A stretch of 64,000 bases of DNA from Octopus vulgaris. Its lineage: Eukaryota. The position numbers and the translations under genes are program-made. Location of the stretch: the NCBI GenBank assembly GCA_951406725.2, contig OX597831.1, positions 24,118,001 through 24,182,000 of the forward strand, written 5' to 3'. A model generated the notes under the pieces. It saw only the letters and a program-made list of their open reading frames with translations, searched no databases and was not told where the DNA came from. Below, piece after piece: positions 38,948-52,804 of the stretch (position 1 is the first letter of the stretch; the number at the start of each line of letters is the position of its first letter).

Positions 38948-39073
38948 ACTTGAAGCACCAATGCACCATCTGGTTTGATAGTCAAACTGATAACCTTGAG
39001 ATTGTGAGTGCAACATCCCAACTAGCCTATGTACCCTCACTTATTCATCATAGAATGTTTTAAATTATTATTA

Positions 39074-39152
<79 letters not shown>

Positions 39153-39154
<2 letters not shown>

Positions 39155-39845
39155 CAGAGTATCTCAACAGGCATGATAGAGCAGCAAAATATAGTCACTG
39201 GGTAATTTGCAAAGAACTTGAACCTGTCCCATGATAAAAACTGGTGGGAACACAAACTACCTCCAGTGCTTGAAAATGATGACATCTCACTCCTCTGGAA
39301 TTTCACTGTTCAAACTGACAGAAAGAAAGATGCAAATAGGTCAGACATTATATTGAAGGACTTCAGACAAAAATCATGCCTCCTCATTGATATGACTGTC
39401 CCAATCGACATAAGTGTATCTGTCCAGACCTACCAAAAACTGAGCCATATAAAGATCTTGAAATAGAAATTGACAAAATGTGGAACCTCAAGACTAATCA
39501 ATACCTGTTGTCATAGGTGCCCTAGGAATGATAGTAAAAGGGGCTGATTGCTCCCTAGCTCAGAAACCATGAAACCTCAAAATGGTAGAAATTTAAAAGA
39601 TAGTGCTCATAGCAACAGCCCATATTCTACATAAAATACTGTCTATGTAATCTCAAATTTTAAGACAAACTTTATAATTTTCTTGTGTTTTCTTAAACAT
39701 TCTCTAGAATGATACTTTGTGTAAAACTAAATATATGGCACCCTAGGTATAGCACCAACTTGAACTTCTAACTTGTTGTTTCTTGAGGTCTCTGGGTGAG
39801 ACCTGGATTCAACTTGTACAAATACAAAGCAAAAGTCAAACATAT
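39153..39845 (+). mobile_element. R4/Dong-type LINE 3' end (RLE endonuclease remnant)
   Basis: YLNRHDRAAK.../WWEHKLPPVLENDDISLLWNFTVQTDRKKDANRSDII...LLIDMTVP/YKDLEIEI/PVVIGALG...TAHILHKIL, with frameshifts. Starts in a (TAA)n tract. Confidence 0.88.
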
Positions 39846-40004
39846 AACAACAAAACACTGTTTTTGTTCCATGCTTTCACACTAGAATTTTGTGCTGAAA
39901 TAAGTTGGTTTAGTATTATATATATTTTAAATAGCATCTAATATATCTTCACCAATAATACTATAGTTATTTTTATATCAAAATTGCAGATCATTCATAT
40001 ATAG

Positions 40005-40580
40005 GAGCACTTCGTCATTTACAATGACAAAGATCCCAGCTGACACGATCAATGGAACAGCTTGCTTATGAAATTATTGTGCAAATGGTTGAGCACTCCA
40101 CAAACATGTGTACCCTTCATGTAGTTCTCAGGGAGATTCAACATGACACAGAATATGACAAGGCTGGCCCCTTTGAAATACAGGTACTACTCATTTTTGC
40201 CAGCTGAGTGGACTGGAGCAATGTGAAATAAAGTGCTTAGGGTATTTGGTTTGTGATCTTATGATTGTGAATTCAATTCCTGGGAATGCATTGTATCCTT
40301 GAGCAAGACCCTTATTTCATGTTGCTCCAGTACACTCAACTGGTAACAGTGGTGCTCCAGCATGACCACAGCTTTAAAGTTGAAACAGTTTAAACAATGA
40401 AAGTACCCTTAGTTAAAAGGGCCAGCCACATCACATTCTGTGTCGTACTGAATCTCCCTGAGAACTACGTTAAAAGTATGCCTGTCTGTGAAGTGTTCAG
40501 GTACATGCATGTTAATTTCAGGAGCAGACTGTTCCATAAGAATTCGATCACTCATCATTATAACCAAAGGAGTGCCAGCG
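40005..40580. mobile_element. Cluster of older C-type SINE fragments in both orientations
   Basis: Tail type 1 on minus at 40005-40235, head on plus at 40236-40345, tail on plus at 40410-40580. Confidence 0.65.
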
Positions 40581-41484
40581 GTCAAGAGGAAGGGGTTGTG
40601 CTTAAGGGCCTTTACAGATGTTCTGGGACCAAGTTGAAGATTTAGGAAACATGAATTAGTGAAAAGAGTTTGAGTGGAAGGAAGGGAATATTTTTATGTA
40701 TGCGCTTAGCGAGAGAAAGATTCTGTCTGTTTATATGTACATTATCATGTGTATATGTTTGTGATTATATCTAATGTATGTATCTGTCCGTGTGTGTATT
40801 TATAAGTGTTTGGGTGTGTTCATCTGTCTGTGTGTGTTATGTGTATGTATGGGAATTGGAGCGTAAACATAGAGTGACAATGTGCGTATCAGTGGGAATA
40901 ACACAAGAGATTATCTATGTTTGTGCATAACATAGATTAACTGTGTGCATGTTGTGCGTATGTGTGTGTATGTGTGTATGTGTGTGTGCGTGTGTGTGTG
41001 TGTGTGTATACAGGTGTGTAGATGAAGAGGGGATTGTGGCCAGAGAGTAGAGAAGGCAGAGGAGTGTGAGAAGTTGAAGAATGTAAGCTTAAATAATTAA
41101 ATTTTGGCAAGGAAATGCAATTATTCTGGCCATTTCATATCTTTTGAGACAAGATTTTGTCTGAATATGTATATACTGAGAGAGTGTATATACAAACACA
41201 CACAGACACGCACACATATAGTTAAAAATATGTATATTTATGAGATACAGATATGTCTATATATTTCTCTCTACCCCCCACACTTTCACTCCTTCTTTCT
41301 TTTGCTCTTTTTCTTTGTGTGTACGCGTGTATGCATGTGTGCATACATGTGTGTGTGTATATGTTTGTGTATATCTATGCACATATATCAGTAGAGTTGT
41401 TACAACAATAGACAGGCTGCAAACTCGATTCAAATCACATTATATATTTTGTACTTGTAGGGCTGATTAAGAAAAAAAAATGGT

Positions 41485-41860
41485 ACAGCTGTGTGGTAAG
41501 AAACTTGCTTCCCAACCACATGGTTCCAGGTTCAGTCTCACTAGATGGCATCTTGGGCAAGTGTCTTCTCCTATAGCCTTAGGCCGACCAAAACCGTGTG
41601 GGAATGGATTTGGCAATCGGAAACTAAATGTGTGTGTGTGTGTGTGACTTTGTATTTTCCCTCACCACTGCTCAGGAACTGATGTTGGTGTGTTTACAGC
41701 CCCATAACTTAGCAGTTTAGCAAAAAGTGACTGATAGAATAAGCACCAGGATTTAAAGAAAAAATTTATTGGGGTCGATTTATTTGACTAAAATCCTTCA
41801 AAATGGTGCTCCAGCAGAGCCACAGTCTTTTGACCGAAGAAGGAAAGGATAAAAGATATA
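41485..41860 (+). mobile_element. SINE family B (older)
   Basis: GCTGTGTGGTAAGAAACTTGCTTCCCAACCACATGGTTCCAGGTTCAGTC head through to tail. Confidence 0.85.
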
Positions 41861-42100
41861 TGAAAGCCCATTGATTGTGTATCTTCCTCCAGATGTTACC
41901 TGCTCTGTGTTTTGTTGGGTCAAATGTTGGAGATTTGAGAATAAGTCTGTTTCTTCTACATGGGGTCCTAAAACCATTTCAGCAATCAAGGAACCTGGCA
42001 ATGCCAAGTCATATTTAATTGAGAGTAATGCCTGTAATACACTTTTGTTATACATACATACATATATATATACATATACATATATATATATGTGTGTGTA

Positions 42101-42131
<31 letters not shown>

Positions 42132-42757
42132 CATTATAATCATGGATAAAATCTATATAGGATTTTATCAACTAGCTAGCCTGTAATGAACCAGGTAAAA
42201 AATCAATACAAAGTAATTAATTTTATATATATAATTATAATAAGAGCAACCAATTCATTTACCCCACTTTCAGCCCATGTCTATGTGATAACTAAGGAAG
42301 TTTTAGAGCATTTTGGCATCTATTTCTAGCATGTAGAGCTATTCAGTATGTGTGTGTGTATGTGTGTGTGTATGTATGTGTATGTATCTGTCTATATTTA
42401 TGATATATATATATATATACATATTTCTCTCTCTCTCTATATATATATACACACACTCACATATTTATATATATTTGTGTGTGTGTATACATGTATATGT
42501 ATATACATTAATGTGTGTATGTTATGTATATCAATATCATGTCATAATTCATGGAGCTCCCAAGATGAAAACCATGTAGTAAAACTTTTTTTTTGCATCC
42601 TCTTTATACATGTTGAGTTCAACATATGTCAAGATGTCTTTAGGCTAGTTAAAGACATTTTTTTCACTCAAGAATATAGAAAGTTATTCAAAAACACACG
42701 TGTTTCCTTCTGTTGCACAGTCAATATAAAAGGAATAATTTTGCACAACCCTACCCC

Positions 42758-42995
42758 AAGTGCATGGCTTAGTAGTTAAGACGTTGGACTCATGAACATA
42801 AGATTGTGGTTTCGATTCTTGGACTGGTCAGTGCATTGTGTTCTTGAACGAAGTACTTCATTTCATGTTGCTCTGATCGTCTCAGCTGGCAAAAATAAGT
42901 AAAGTTGCGATGGACTAGCGTCCCATCCAGGTGGGGAGTATATTTGCCACAGAAACTGGGAAACCAGTGTTATGGGTCTGTATGACACAAGAGGG
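42758..42995 (+). mobile_element. Older C-type SINE with tail type 2
   Basis: GTGCATGGCTTAGTAGTTAAG head, GGTTTCGATTC, and GCGATGGACTAGCGTCCCATCCAGGTGGGG. Confidence 0.75.
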
Positions 42996-43104
42996 ACCCT
43001 TGATCCTACCCCAATGTAATGATGCCAACTACTTGCATAGCTATAATGCCATATCTCCAATCAGTGGTCACTGTAACACACAGGATGTTATCTACAATGC
43101 TGAA

Positions 43105-43234
43105 GAAGGAAAACTGAAGGATTGCTGCAATAAGTGTGTGAATCTGGGAGGAGAATATTTTGAATCAAATCACAATTAACTGATCCTCCTGTATTTTCTT
43201 TTACCCAAAGCCAGGAACTTTTCAGCACCTTCTG
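43105..43234 (+). mobile_element. mariner 3' end
   Basis: KDCCNKCVNLGGEYFESNHN* (mariner KCV...GEYFE ending), followed by TIR-like AAAGCCAGGAACTTTTCAGCACC. Confidence 0.7.
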
Positions 43235-43294
43235 AAGTGTGTGTATGGGTGTGTGTTGTGTATATATATGTGTGCGTGCATGTGTGTGTGTACA

Positions 43295-43336
<42 letters not shown>

Positions 43337-43650
43337 GGGAGTATAACTCCAAACTTACAGGGAAAAATTCAATTTAGTATTAAATCAAATTTCACAGTAT
43401 AAATATATAAAACATAAATTAGAGATAAACTCAATAATTCCCTAGTGTTTTTCATACCAAACACTCTGCTTTATAATATCTACTTACAGCCACGTTGATG
43501 CTTCTGCTAATGTTTAAGATACTTTGCAAGACTGAACTGTTAATCTAAGACATTTACTTTCTTAACATTTTTATCACAAACGTGTACAAAAATCCACTTT
43601 TACAGAAATTTATTGATAGCCCGCAAAGAATTATGAGGGTCATTCTAAGT

Positions 43651-43953
43651 CAGTAGTTCCCAACATTTTGCCATTGCAACCCATTTTAATACTGCAATAA
43701 TTCTTTGTGGCCACATTTTGAAGAATTGACTGTAAAAACATTGGCTCATGCTTTTTATTTGGTACTTTTCTTGGGAAAACATTCTTCAATTTATATTTGC
43801 AGTAAATGTTGTGTTATGTTTCTTGTGCCAATGGCTGTTCATTACCATATTCTTGAATGAAAATTTCCAAAAGTTACAGATTTCTATGTGTGATCCATTC
43901 AGAATAGTGCTTCAGGTTAATGTGTTCTATGACTCACAGTTCTGGAAGGAACT
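43651..43953. mobile_element. Possible old hAT (Charlie-like) MITE
   Basis: Starts CAGTAGTTCCCAAC and ends GGAAGGAACTG. No clear TSD. Confidence 0.35.
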
Positions 43954-44070
43954 GCTGTTCTCAGTAGCCTCTTGACCTGTCTAATGCAGCATCAAGATCT
44001 GAGATGATCGTTCATTTTAGTTACATGCAAAACAAACAAACAACCAAATGTTTATCATAAAAGCATTACA

Positions 44071-44422
44071 CAGCACTGGATTAACCATCAAGTAAAATAA
44101 GCTCATACTTAAGGCATCAAGGAAAAGTGGTGGGGCACCATAGAAATAATGGTAAAGGATACAGGGTAACGGTACAGGGTAAAAGGTGTGCAAAGGAAAT
44201 CACTTTAGACATTCTTTTCTTTTATTCTTTTATTCGTTTCCGTCATTTGATTGCAGCCATGCTGGAGCACTGCCTTTAGTCAAACAAACTGCCCCAGGAC
44301 TTATTCTTTGTAAGCCTATTACAAATTCTATCAGTCTTTTTTGCTGAATTGCAAGGTTACGAGCTCATAAACTCACCAGCATCTGTTGTCAAGCGATGTT
44401 GGGGCAGACAAACACAGACACA

Positions 44423-44473
<51 letters not shown>

Positions 44474-44964
44474 TTATACGAAGGGCTTCTTTCAGTTTTC
44501 ATCTACCAAATCCACTCACAAGGCTTTGGTCGGCCCAAGGATATAGTAGAAGACACTTGCCCATGGTGCCACACAGTGGGACTGAACCCAGAACCATGTG
44601 GTTGGTAAGCAAGCTGCTAACCACACAGCCACTCCTGCCCCTACATTCTTTTATTCTTTTACTTGTTTCAGTCATTTGACTGTGGCCATGCTGGAGTACT
44701 GCCTTTAGTTGAACAAATTGACTCCAGAACTTATTCTTTGGAAGTTTAGTACTTATTCTATCGGTCTCATTTGCCGAATAGCTAAGTTATGGGGACAAAA
44801 ACATTACTAGCATCGGTTGTCAAGTAATGTTGGGACGACAAACACAGACACACAGACACACAAACACACACACACGCGCATGCACGCACGCACACACACA
44901 CATATATAGGGGCATCAAGATCTTTTAAATGCTTACGGCCTTTATGGGCTTTAATCTTGTCCTG
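44071..44964 (+). mobile_element. hAT MITE family G interrupted by two SINE B copies (44215-44640 and 44648-44905, minus)
   Basis: Left end CAGCACTGGATTAACCAT and right end TTAATCTTGTCCTG. ATTACA(CA) on both flanks. Confidence 0.75.
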
Positions 44965-45477
44965 ATTACACAGGATAGTAAATAGGAGAGCAAAATAAAT
45001 GAAAGGAAAACAATATCAATAATATAACTTCAAATTAATCATTTTAAAAATAAAGAAATGAAAATATCCCATTTTATTTTATTGATTAGTATCATTTTGT
45101 GAATCCTATAATGACTCTTCTTGTTCAATTTACTAGGATGTCTTCAAAGAGTTAGCTGCAACACATCTCCTTTTCCTTTAGTTTTAACCCTCATTCAGTG
45201 TCCTTCTTACCTGGTCCCTTGTTTGTCTTTGTATGTCTAGAGTCTTTACCTGTCTCAGAATGGATTAGACCTATCTCCCTTAAGGCTGTTGCTAAAATGT
45301 GTTTCGGAAGCAACCATACATTATTTTTAATTGCCTTAAAATAACAGTGAAAGCTTATACAACATCCTATCGTTTTTAAAACGGGGACTGCACAATCTTA
45401 TATCATTACCGTTTTTCAGACTTTTTAACCTCATCACTAAAGATGAAAGTTAGTTTTCAATACTCTCTCTCTCTCTC

Positions 45478-45882
45478 TTTTACTCTTTTACTTGTTTCAG
45501 TCATTTAACTGCGGCCATGCTGGAGCATCACCTTTAATCGAGCAACTCGACCCCGGGACTTATTCTTTTGTAAGCCCAGTACTTATTCTATCAGGCTGTT
45601 TTGCCGAACCGCTAAGTAACGGGGATGTAAACACACCAGCACCGGTTGTCAAACAATGCTAGGGAACAAACACAGACACACAAACACACACACGCATATA
45701 CACATATATATACATATATACGACGGGCTTCTTTCAGTTTCTGTCTACCAAATCCACTCACAAGGCTTTGGTCGGTCCAAGGCTATAGTAGAAGACACTT
45801 GCCCAAGGTGCCACGCAGTGGGACTGAACCCGGAACCATGTGGTTGGTAGACAAGCTACTTACCACACAGCCATTCCTGCAC
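45478..45882 (-). mobile_element. SINE family B, full length
   Basis: Complete head, body and tail. Confidence 0.9.
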
Positions 45883-46205
45883 CTATATTTACATTTACAT
45901 TATGTTTCGGTGAGTTTGATCTCCAATCATCATCAGATATCAAATTCAATGAAACATACTTCAGATGTAAATATTTTTGAAAAAAATCTTTCATCTCTAA
46001 AGATGAAATTAATAATCTGACAAATGGTAATTTTATTAACCACAACTCAGATATTTAATTACACAAACTTCATTATAAGTTTCTACATAAATGTGCAATA
46101 TGTAGTCACATTGGTCTTAACTAATTCCATTGCAGGTATGGATGTGTGGTTAGGAAGATCACTTCACAACTATGTGGTTTTAGATTCAACACCACAGCAC
46201 ACATA

Positions 46206-46266
<61 letters not shown>

Positions 46267-47796
46267 ATGTGCATATACATATATATATGTATATACACAC
46301 ACACATACATATATGTGCATGTGTGTGTATATGTATATATATATACATACATCTAATATAGTAAATGTGACAACTATTATCCGTGTGTCAGTGTGTCACA
46401 CCTCGACACTCGCTCTCACTATTTATTGACACTCCTACTATTGCTCATGTTGGGGTGAGAGTAATAGTAGGCATAGAGGCAGTGAGGGTTGTGGGGAAGA
46501 CGGAGATTGAGAGAGAGAAAGAGAGAGAAAGAAAGAGAGACAAATAGATTTAGGGAGTGTTGATGATGCTTTTATTAAAAATAGTAGTGTTGATGGTGGC
46601 AGTGGGGGTATTAATAAGAGAGAAAGAGCGGTTATGTGAGAGAGAGAGGGACTGAACACTGAACTAACATACTGGACACAATCCTTTTATACACACATTT
46701 AGCCTTTTTGTGATGGTAATGGAGTGATAGTAATAGTATGAGCTGTAGTTGTGATAGAGGCAGAGGCAGGAGTGATGGTGGTGGTGGTGGTGGTGGTGGT
46801 GGTAGCTGAGGCAGTCAGGGATAACAGTGAGAATAAGTGATGTGAAAGACAGTGGTGGTAGTGGTGGAGGAGAACATGGCGAAGTCAAAGGTATTGATGG
46901 TGGTAGCATCAGAAGTCTGAATAGTGTGTGCATGGCAGATGTGATGCCCAAGGTACCATGCAGTGGGACTGAACCTGAAGCCACGTGGTTAGGTAACAAA
47001 CTTCTTACCACACAGCCACTCCTCCACCATTTAGCCATTTTAAAAATTGTTTCCAAGTGCAACCAAATGTACCATTAAGTATTTTTTAAAGATACTTGGT
47101 TTTGAAAACATTAAGGTTTTTAGGGCATTCTTTTGTTTTTAAGTTCAGTATAATGTCTTAATTTCAATTTTACTAATAATAATAATTTATCTTTTTGATT
47201 TTCCCTCAAACCGTTTTATGTCATTATAATTTCTGTGGAGAATCTATGGCTTCACAGATGCATCTTACTTCCTCTTTGCTCCGTGCATTTTCTTCATTAT
47301 TTCCATGGGGCAGAATTTCATTATCATTTAGAAAAAGCTCTCCCTCCTCCTCATCAGTGTTGTTTAGCTTGTCTTTCTGCTAATTATGATTTTGCTCTTC
47401 TTTTTCTCCTTCGTAGTTTATCTACAATTATGTCTTTCTCACCACATGGTAAATGTGTGCTACTGCAGGCTAGTACTACTAAGGAATGAAGTATTTGCTC
47501 ACCTGTTGGTGATACTTGACCTAAATATATTTCCTTTGTTATCCTCAGGGAATTTTACAGGTGGTGCATTGGAAATAGGGGTTTGTTGCTGTTTTTTTTG
47601 TGTTGCTACTGTTAATTTGTTTACCCTATGTTGTTGAGATCAGGTTTTCCTCAGACAATTATAGTTCTTTTTCCAAGTACTCCTATAAAAATTTCAATAG
47701 TTGATGCTTGAATAAAACATGTTTCAAAGAGAGAGTAAAAACTGATCCTTTGTTACAAGTGTGCCACAAAAAAAAAAAATTAATAATAATAATAAT

Positions 47797-47965
47797 CTGA
47801 ACAGATGGACTGAGGAAATAGACATAAAACCCAGTTTAATACAATTCCAGAAAACAGTGTTATTAGGGACAGCTAGGATACTTAGGAGGGTTCTTGGCAT
47901 CGAGAGTTACTTGTAGCCCAATGTCAGGGTTCTTTCTTTTCCAAGTCTAATCTGTTGTGGGTATA

Positions 47966-47967
<2 letters not shown>
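47797..47967 (+). mobile_element. R4/Dong-type LINE extreme 3' end
   Basis: LNRWTEEIDIKPSLIQFQKTVLLGTARILRRVLG, with (TAA)n on both sides. Confidence 0.8.
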
Positions 47968-48042
<75 letters not shown>

Positions 48043-48195
48043 AAGAAGAAGAAGAATCTTTTCTACTCTGGGCAAAAGGCCCAAAAATTTGGGGGGAGAT
48101 GGGGCCAGTCGATTAGATCATACCAGTATGCAACTGGTACTTAATTTATCGACCCCGAAAGAATGAAAGGCAAAGTCAACCTCAGCAGAATTTGA

Positions 48196-48280
<85 letters not shown>

Positions 48281-48306
48281 TTAATAATAATAATAATAAT
48301 GATAAT

Positions 48307-48363
<57 letters not shown>

Positions 48364-48579
48364 GAAGAAGAAGAAGAAGAAGAATCTTCTATACTCTGGG
48401 TACAAGGCCCCAAAATTTTTTTTTGGGGGGGCAATCAACTTGATCAACCCAGTACGCAACTGGTACTTAATTTATCGACCCGGAAAGAATGAAAGGCAAA
48501 GTCAACCTCGGCAGAATTTGAAATAATAATAATGATAATGATAATAATAATATTACTAGTAGTAGTAGTAGTAATAATG

Positions 48580-48631
<52 letters not shown>

Positions 48632-48800
48632 TAATAATAATAATAATAATAATAATTATAGACTCCAGTTTTGGCACAAGGCCTGAAATTTTGAGGGAGG
48701 GGATAAGTTGATTTCATTGACACCGGTACTCTGCTGGAACTTTATTGAACCAATCCTGAGAAGATACAATGCTTACCTCAGTGGAATTTAGACTCAGGAT
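47968..48800. repeat. (AAT)n/(AAG)n tracts with duplicated SINE A-variant fragments
   Basis: Fragments at 48055-48196 and 48383-48522 share both breakpoints. A third, diverged copy lies at 48665-48800. Confidence 0.85.
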
Positions 48801-49142
48801 GTAAAGCCAGTTTACTGACTCAACAATTTATGGAAACCGTTTGACAAGACAGTCATTGTTTTTGGGCAGCATTGCAAACCACTCAGCTGCAAGCATTTGA
48901 TAAGTTTCCTGTTTGAAGATAACAAACGCCCTTTATCTCAACAGTGTTGCAAACCTTAAAAAGGGTCAGGGGCACTGGCTCTTGCCCATTCCCCTCTGAT
49001 TGATTGATTGAAAAAAAAAATGAAATATCTTCACAGATATACATATTCATGGCAGTGCAGCGAGATGGCATATGGAAAGCTCAGCCTTGGTAATGATTCT
49101 GCATTTATTCACCACACATTCTCACTTTAATATTTATTCCTT

Positions 49143-49285
49143 CAATAATGCTAATAATAATAATAGCAACAGCAACAACAACAACAACAACAACAACAAT
49201 AATAATAATAGTAATGATAATAATAAAAATAATAACAATAATAATAATGACAATACTAATAATAATGACAATACTAATAATAATG

Positions 49286-49337
<52 letters not shown>

Positions 49338-49434
49338 CAATAATGATAATAGTAGTAATGATGATAATAATAATAATAGTAATAATAATAATAATAATAA
49401 TAATGATGATGATAATAATAATAATAATAGTAAT

Positions 49435-49497
<63 letters not shown>

Positions 49498-49525
49498 TAG
49501 TAATAGTAATGAAGATGACGATGAT
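49143..49525. repeat. (AAT)n/(AAC)n trinucleotide tract
   Basis: Direct reading. Confidence 0.95.
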
Positions 49526-51059
49526 GTACATGGACACATACACACACACACACACACATAAGGGAAATATAAACAAATGGAAACAGACTACCCCCTCAAC
49601 CCCTTCAACCTCTCACCTCCATCCTCTCTATTGATATAACAACAACAATAAATATAAATACGGCTGATGCACATTCTATGTATACACACACACACGCACA
49701 CACACATATGCATATACACACACACACATTTATTCATAATGTTTAAATGAGTATTTGCAGGCTGATGCCTGTGGTGCTTTGTGCAAATGTCCAAGGATTT
49801 CCATGTGACACCGTGATAGTGCAAGTTTAGCTTCAGCTGTGTGCGGATTAGCATATTTCTTTGTGCACCATGCAACTGCATCTATGCTTGCATACGACCT
49901 GATGTGCATTTACATGCCTGCAACTGCATTCATGCATACATACATATGTATGTATATATGTACGTATGGACATACATACATATGTTCATACATACATGCA
50001 TATGTACATGTATATATGCATAGGTTTCTACATACATATGTTCATACATACACACATATATACATACATATATACATACATATGTGCATACATATATACA
50101 TACATATGTGCATACATATATACATACATGTATATATACATACATTCCTACATACATATGTTCATGCATACAAACATACATATACATATATACACACATG
50201 CATTATACATACATGCTTATATATATAATTGTATTATATATATCATAATGATATTTATTCTTGGGTTTGTTTATAAAAATATTATATATACATATATATA
50301 TATATAATATTATATTATATTAATATAATATATAATATATTATATTAATACATTGATATATAAATATATAATATATTAATATAATATAATATTATATATA
50401 TCACATGATCACGTGACCGACCAGACCATCAGATGTTGTTACACATCGCTGGTCACAATGCATTCGCATTGTTTTAGCCTTCGAACGACGCCACCCCGCT
50501 GGCTAAGCGAGCAGGCCAATATTATATATATATATATATATATAAATGTATGTATGTATCTCTGAATATGATCTTGTATATGTGCAGGTGTGTGTATGGG
50601 TATGAGTGTGTTTTTGTGCTCATGTGTTATGTATATGTGTGGCTACATGGTTGAAAGGTTAAACAGTTCACTTTATAATACTGAGATCCCTGAAGCCAGT
50701 GAGCTGGTAGAGTCATTAGCATGGCTGGCAAAATTTTTAGCTGTATTCCATTTGTCTTTATGCTCTGAGTTCAAATTCTGCAAAGGTCGATTTTGCTTTT
50801 CACCTTTACATGGGTGAATAAAAGAAGTACCATTTGAGTACTGGGGGTTGGTGAACTCAACTTAGCTCCATTCCATTTGCCCACTGGACAACACTAAGAA
50901 CAGCATTTCATGCATCGTTATGTTCTGAGATCAAATTCCACTGAGGTTGACTTTGCCTTTCATCCTTTCGGGGTCGATGAAATAAGTACCAGTTGAACAC
51001 TGGGATTGATGTAATCGACTGACCCTCTCCCCAAACCAAAATTGCTGGCTTTGTACCCA

Positions 51060-51492
51060 TGGAACTCTTGGAGTCTTGCATGCATAGCGGGCTTGCTGCC
51101 TGCATGTTATCTGTTCTTTTCAACTAATACTTTCCTGGTTATTCTGGCCATGCCAAGGAGGCAAAACTTTTGTAACAATTCTCCTGGGTACTCTATTCCG
51201 ATTTCCTTTATATTCCTCTTGATGCCTTCTGATATTGTCGCCAAGGACCCGACAATAATTAGCACTATCTTCACCTTCTTCATTTTCCATAGCTGGGCTG
51301 TTTCATACATAAGAGGATTGTATTTATCTTTTTTCTCACCTCCCTTCTTGACTATTAGTAGGACAAAGGGGCAGGCAACATCAACTATATAACATATGTG
51401 GTGCATCTTGTCAACCACCACTAGGTCTGGTCTGCTATGCTCTAGCACCTGGTCTGTTTGGATTGAGAAATCCCAGAGGATTTTGCAAGTCT
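51060..51492 (-). mobile_element. R4/Dong-type LINE 3' end
   Basis: KILWDFSIQTDQVLEHSRPDLVVVDK...IVDVACP...EKKDKY...IIVGSLATI...LQKFCLLGMARITRKVL (PD-(D/E)xK RLE domain). Preceded by (TAA)n. Confidence 0.88.
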
Positions 51493-51507
51493 TATTATTA
51501 TTATTAT

Positions 51508-51677
51508 TCCTTCGTAACACAGTGTACATAAAAATGTACCAGAATCTTTAGTCATTTGTCAAGTCACGACAAGGACCTCAGACAGATAATACTTTCCTTA
51601 AGATGTGTGCTGTGCCCAATAATGCTGCTTTTTGCAAGACATCAATCTTGCATGGAATTTCTAGTTGCCTTAAGAAG
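51508..51677 (-). mobile_element. R4/Dong-type LINE extreme 3' end
   Basis: FLRQLEIPCKIDVLQKAALLGTAHILRKVLSV*, with (TAA)n on both sides. Confidence 0.82.
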
Positions 51678-51884
51678 TATTATTATCATCATTATTATTA
51701 TTTTTATTATACTGTAGTTTTTATGGGTTTTTCCACGAGTAACCTTTCAAAGCGCCTCCCCCTATTGGGAGTTTTTCGTTGTTATCTTGCATTTTTACAC
51801 GGACTTTTCAAACAGACAAAACCCTTTTGTAACTTTCGTTTTATTTGATTTTTGTTAGCCTGTGTGGCCAATAAATGAGAATTA

Positions 51885-51958
<74 letters not shown>

Positions 51959-52150
51959 CATCATCATGGGTGCTGTCATATTTTTGACAACATCTGTCTT
52001 AACTCTGTGACTGTATGTATACAATAATCTAACCTTATATGTCACAAGGGAAACGATATCACACACATACCTATATAGCATTATTTCTCTCTCACCTAGT
52101 ATATCTCCCTCTAAATTTTTGTATCTATATCTAACTCCCTCTATAAGGTA

Positions 52151-52540
52151 TATAAACATTAACAAGAATAATGAAACAAGCAACTCGTTTTATTGCCTAA
52201 GTCCACAATTGTTTCCTCAGTGGCTTATCAGTCGTTTAATGCTGGAATGTTACTATATGATATATGAAATAATACATTGAGTCACAACTATTCCAGTATT
52301 ACTGGAAAATATCAACTCTTATAAGTTTATGTAACAGATTGAGATGCATTTCGATCTACACATAAACCAAAGGAATCAGTATTTTACAGTATCACTGGAA
52401 TAACACTGGTTTGATGTATTATTTCATATCTTATACAATGACATTGCAGGATTAAATTGCTGATAAAACTCTGATGGAACAGATGTAGAATTATGCAATA
52501 ACATGAGTTTCCCACTATGTTCTCCTTGTTAATGTTGATA
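52151..52540. repeat. Old imperfect palindrome (foldback) centred on ATGCAT at 52344-52349
   Basis: Arms 52151-52311 and 52380-52540 align without gaps at 117 of 161 positions (hand count). The inner region also pairs. Confidence 0.85.
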
Positions 52541-52751
52541 CAGACTCTATGGATATTTATGCATTTTCAGATACAGATCATCACTGAAGTAATATATTTT
52601 CACTGGATGCTGGTATCTGACAGCAGATCCCCATAGACAGGTTATGTAAACTCCAAGGTTATAACTAAATAGAATCAATAAATATATGTGTATTATAATA
52701 AATATATATATATATACATATTATATATAGACACATATATATATATATACA

Positions 52752-52804
<53 letters not shown>

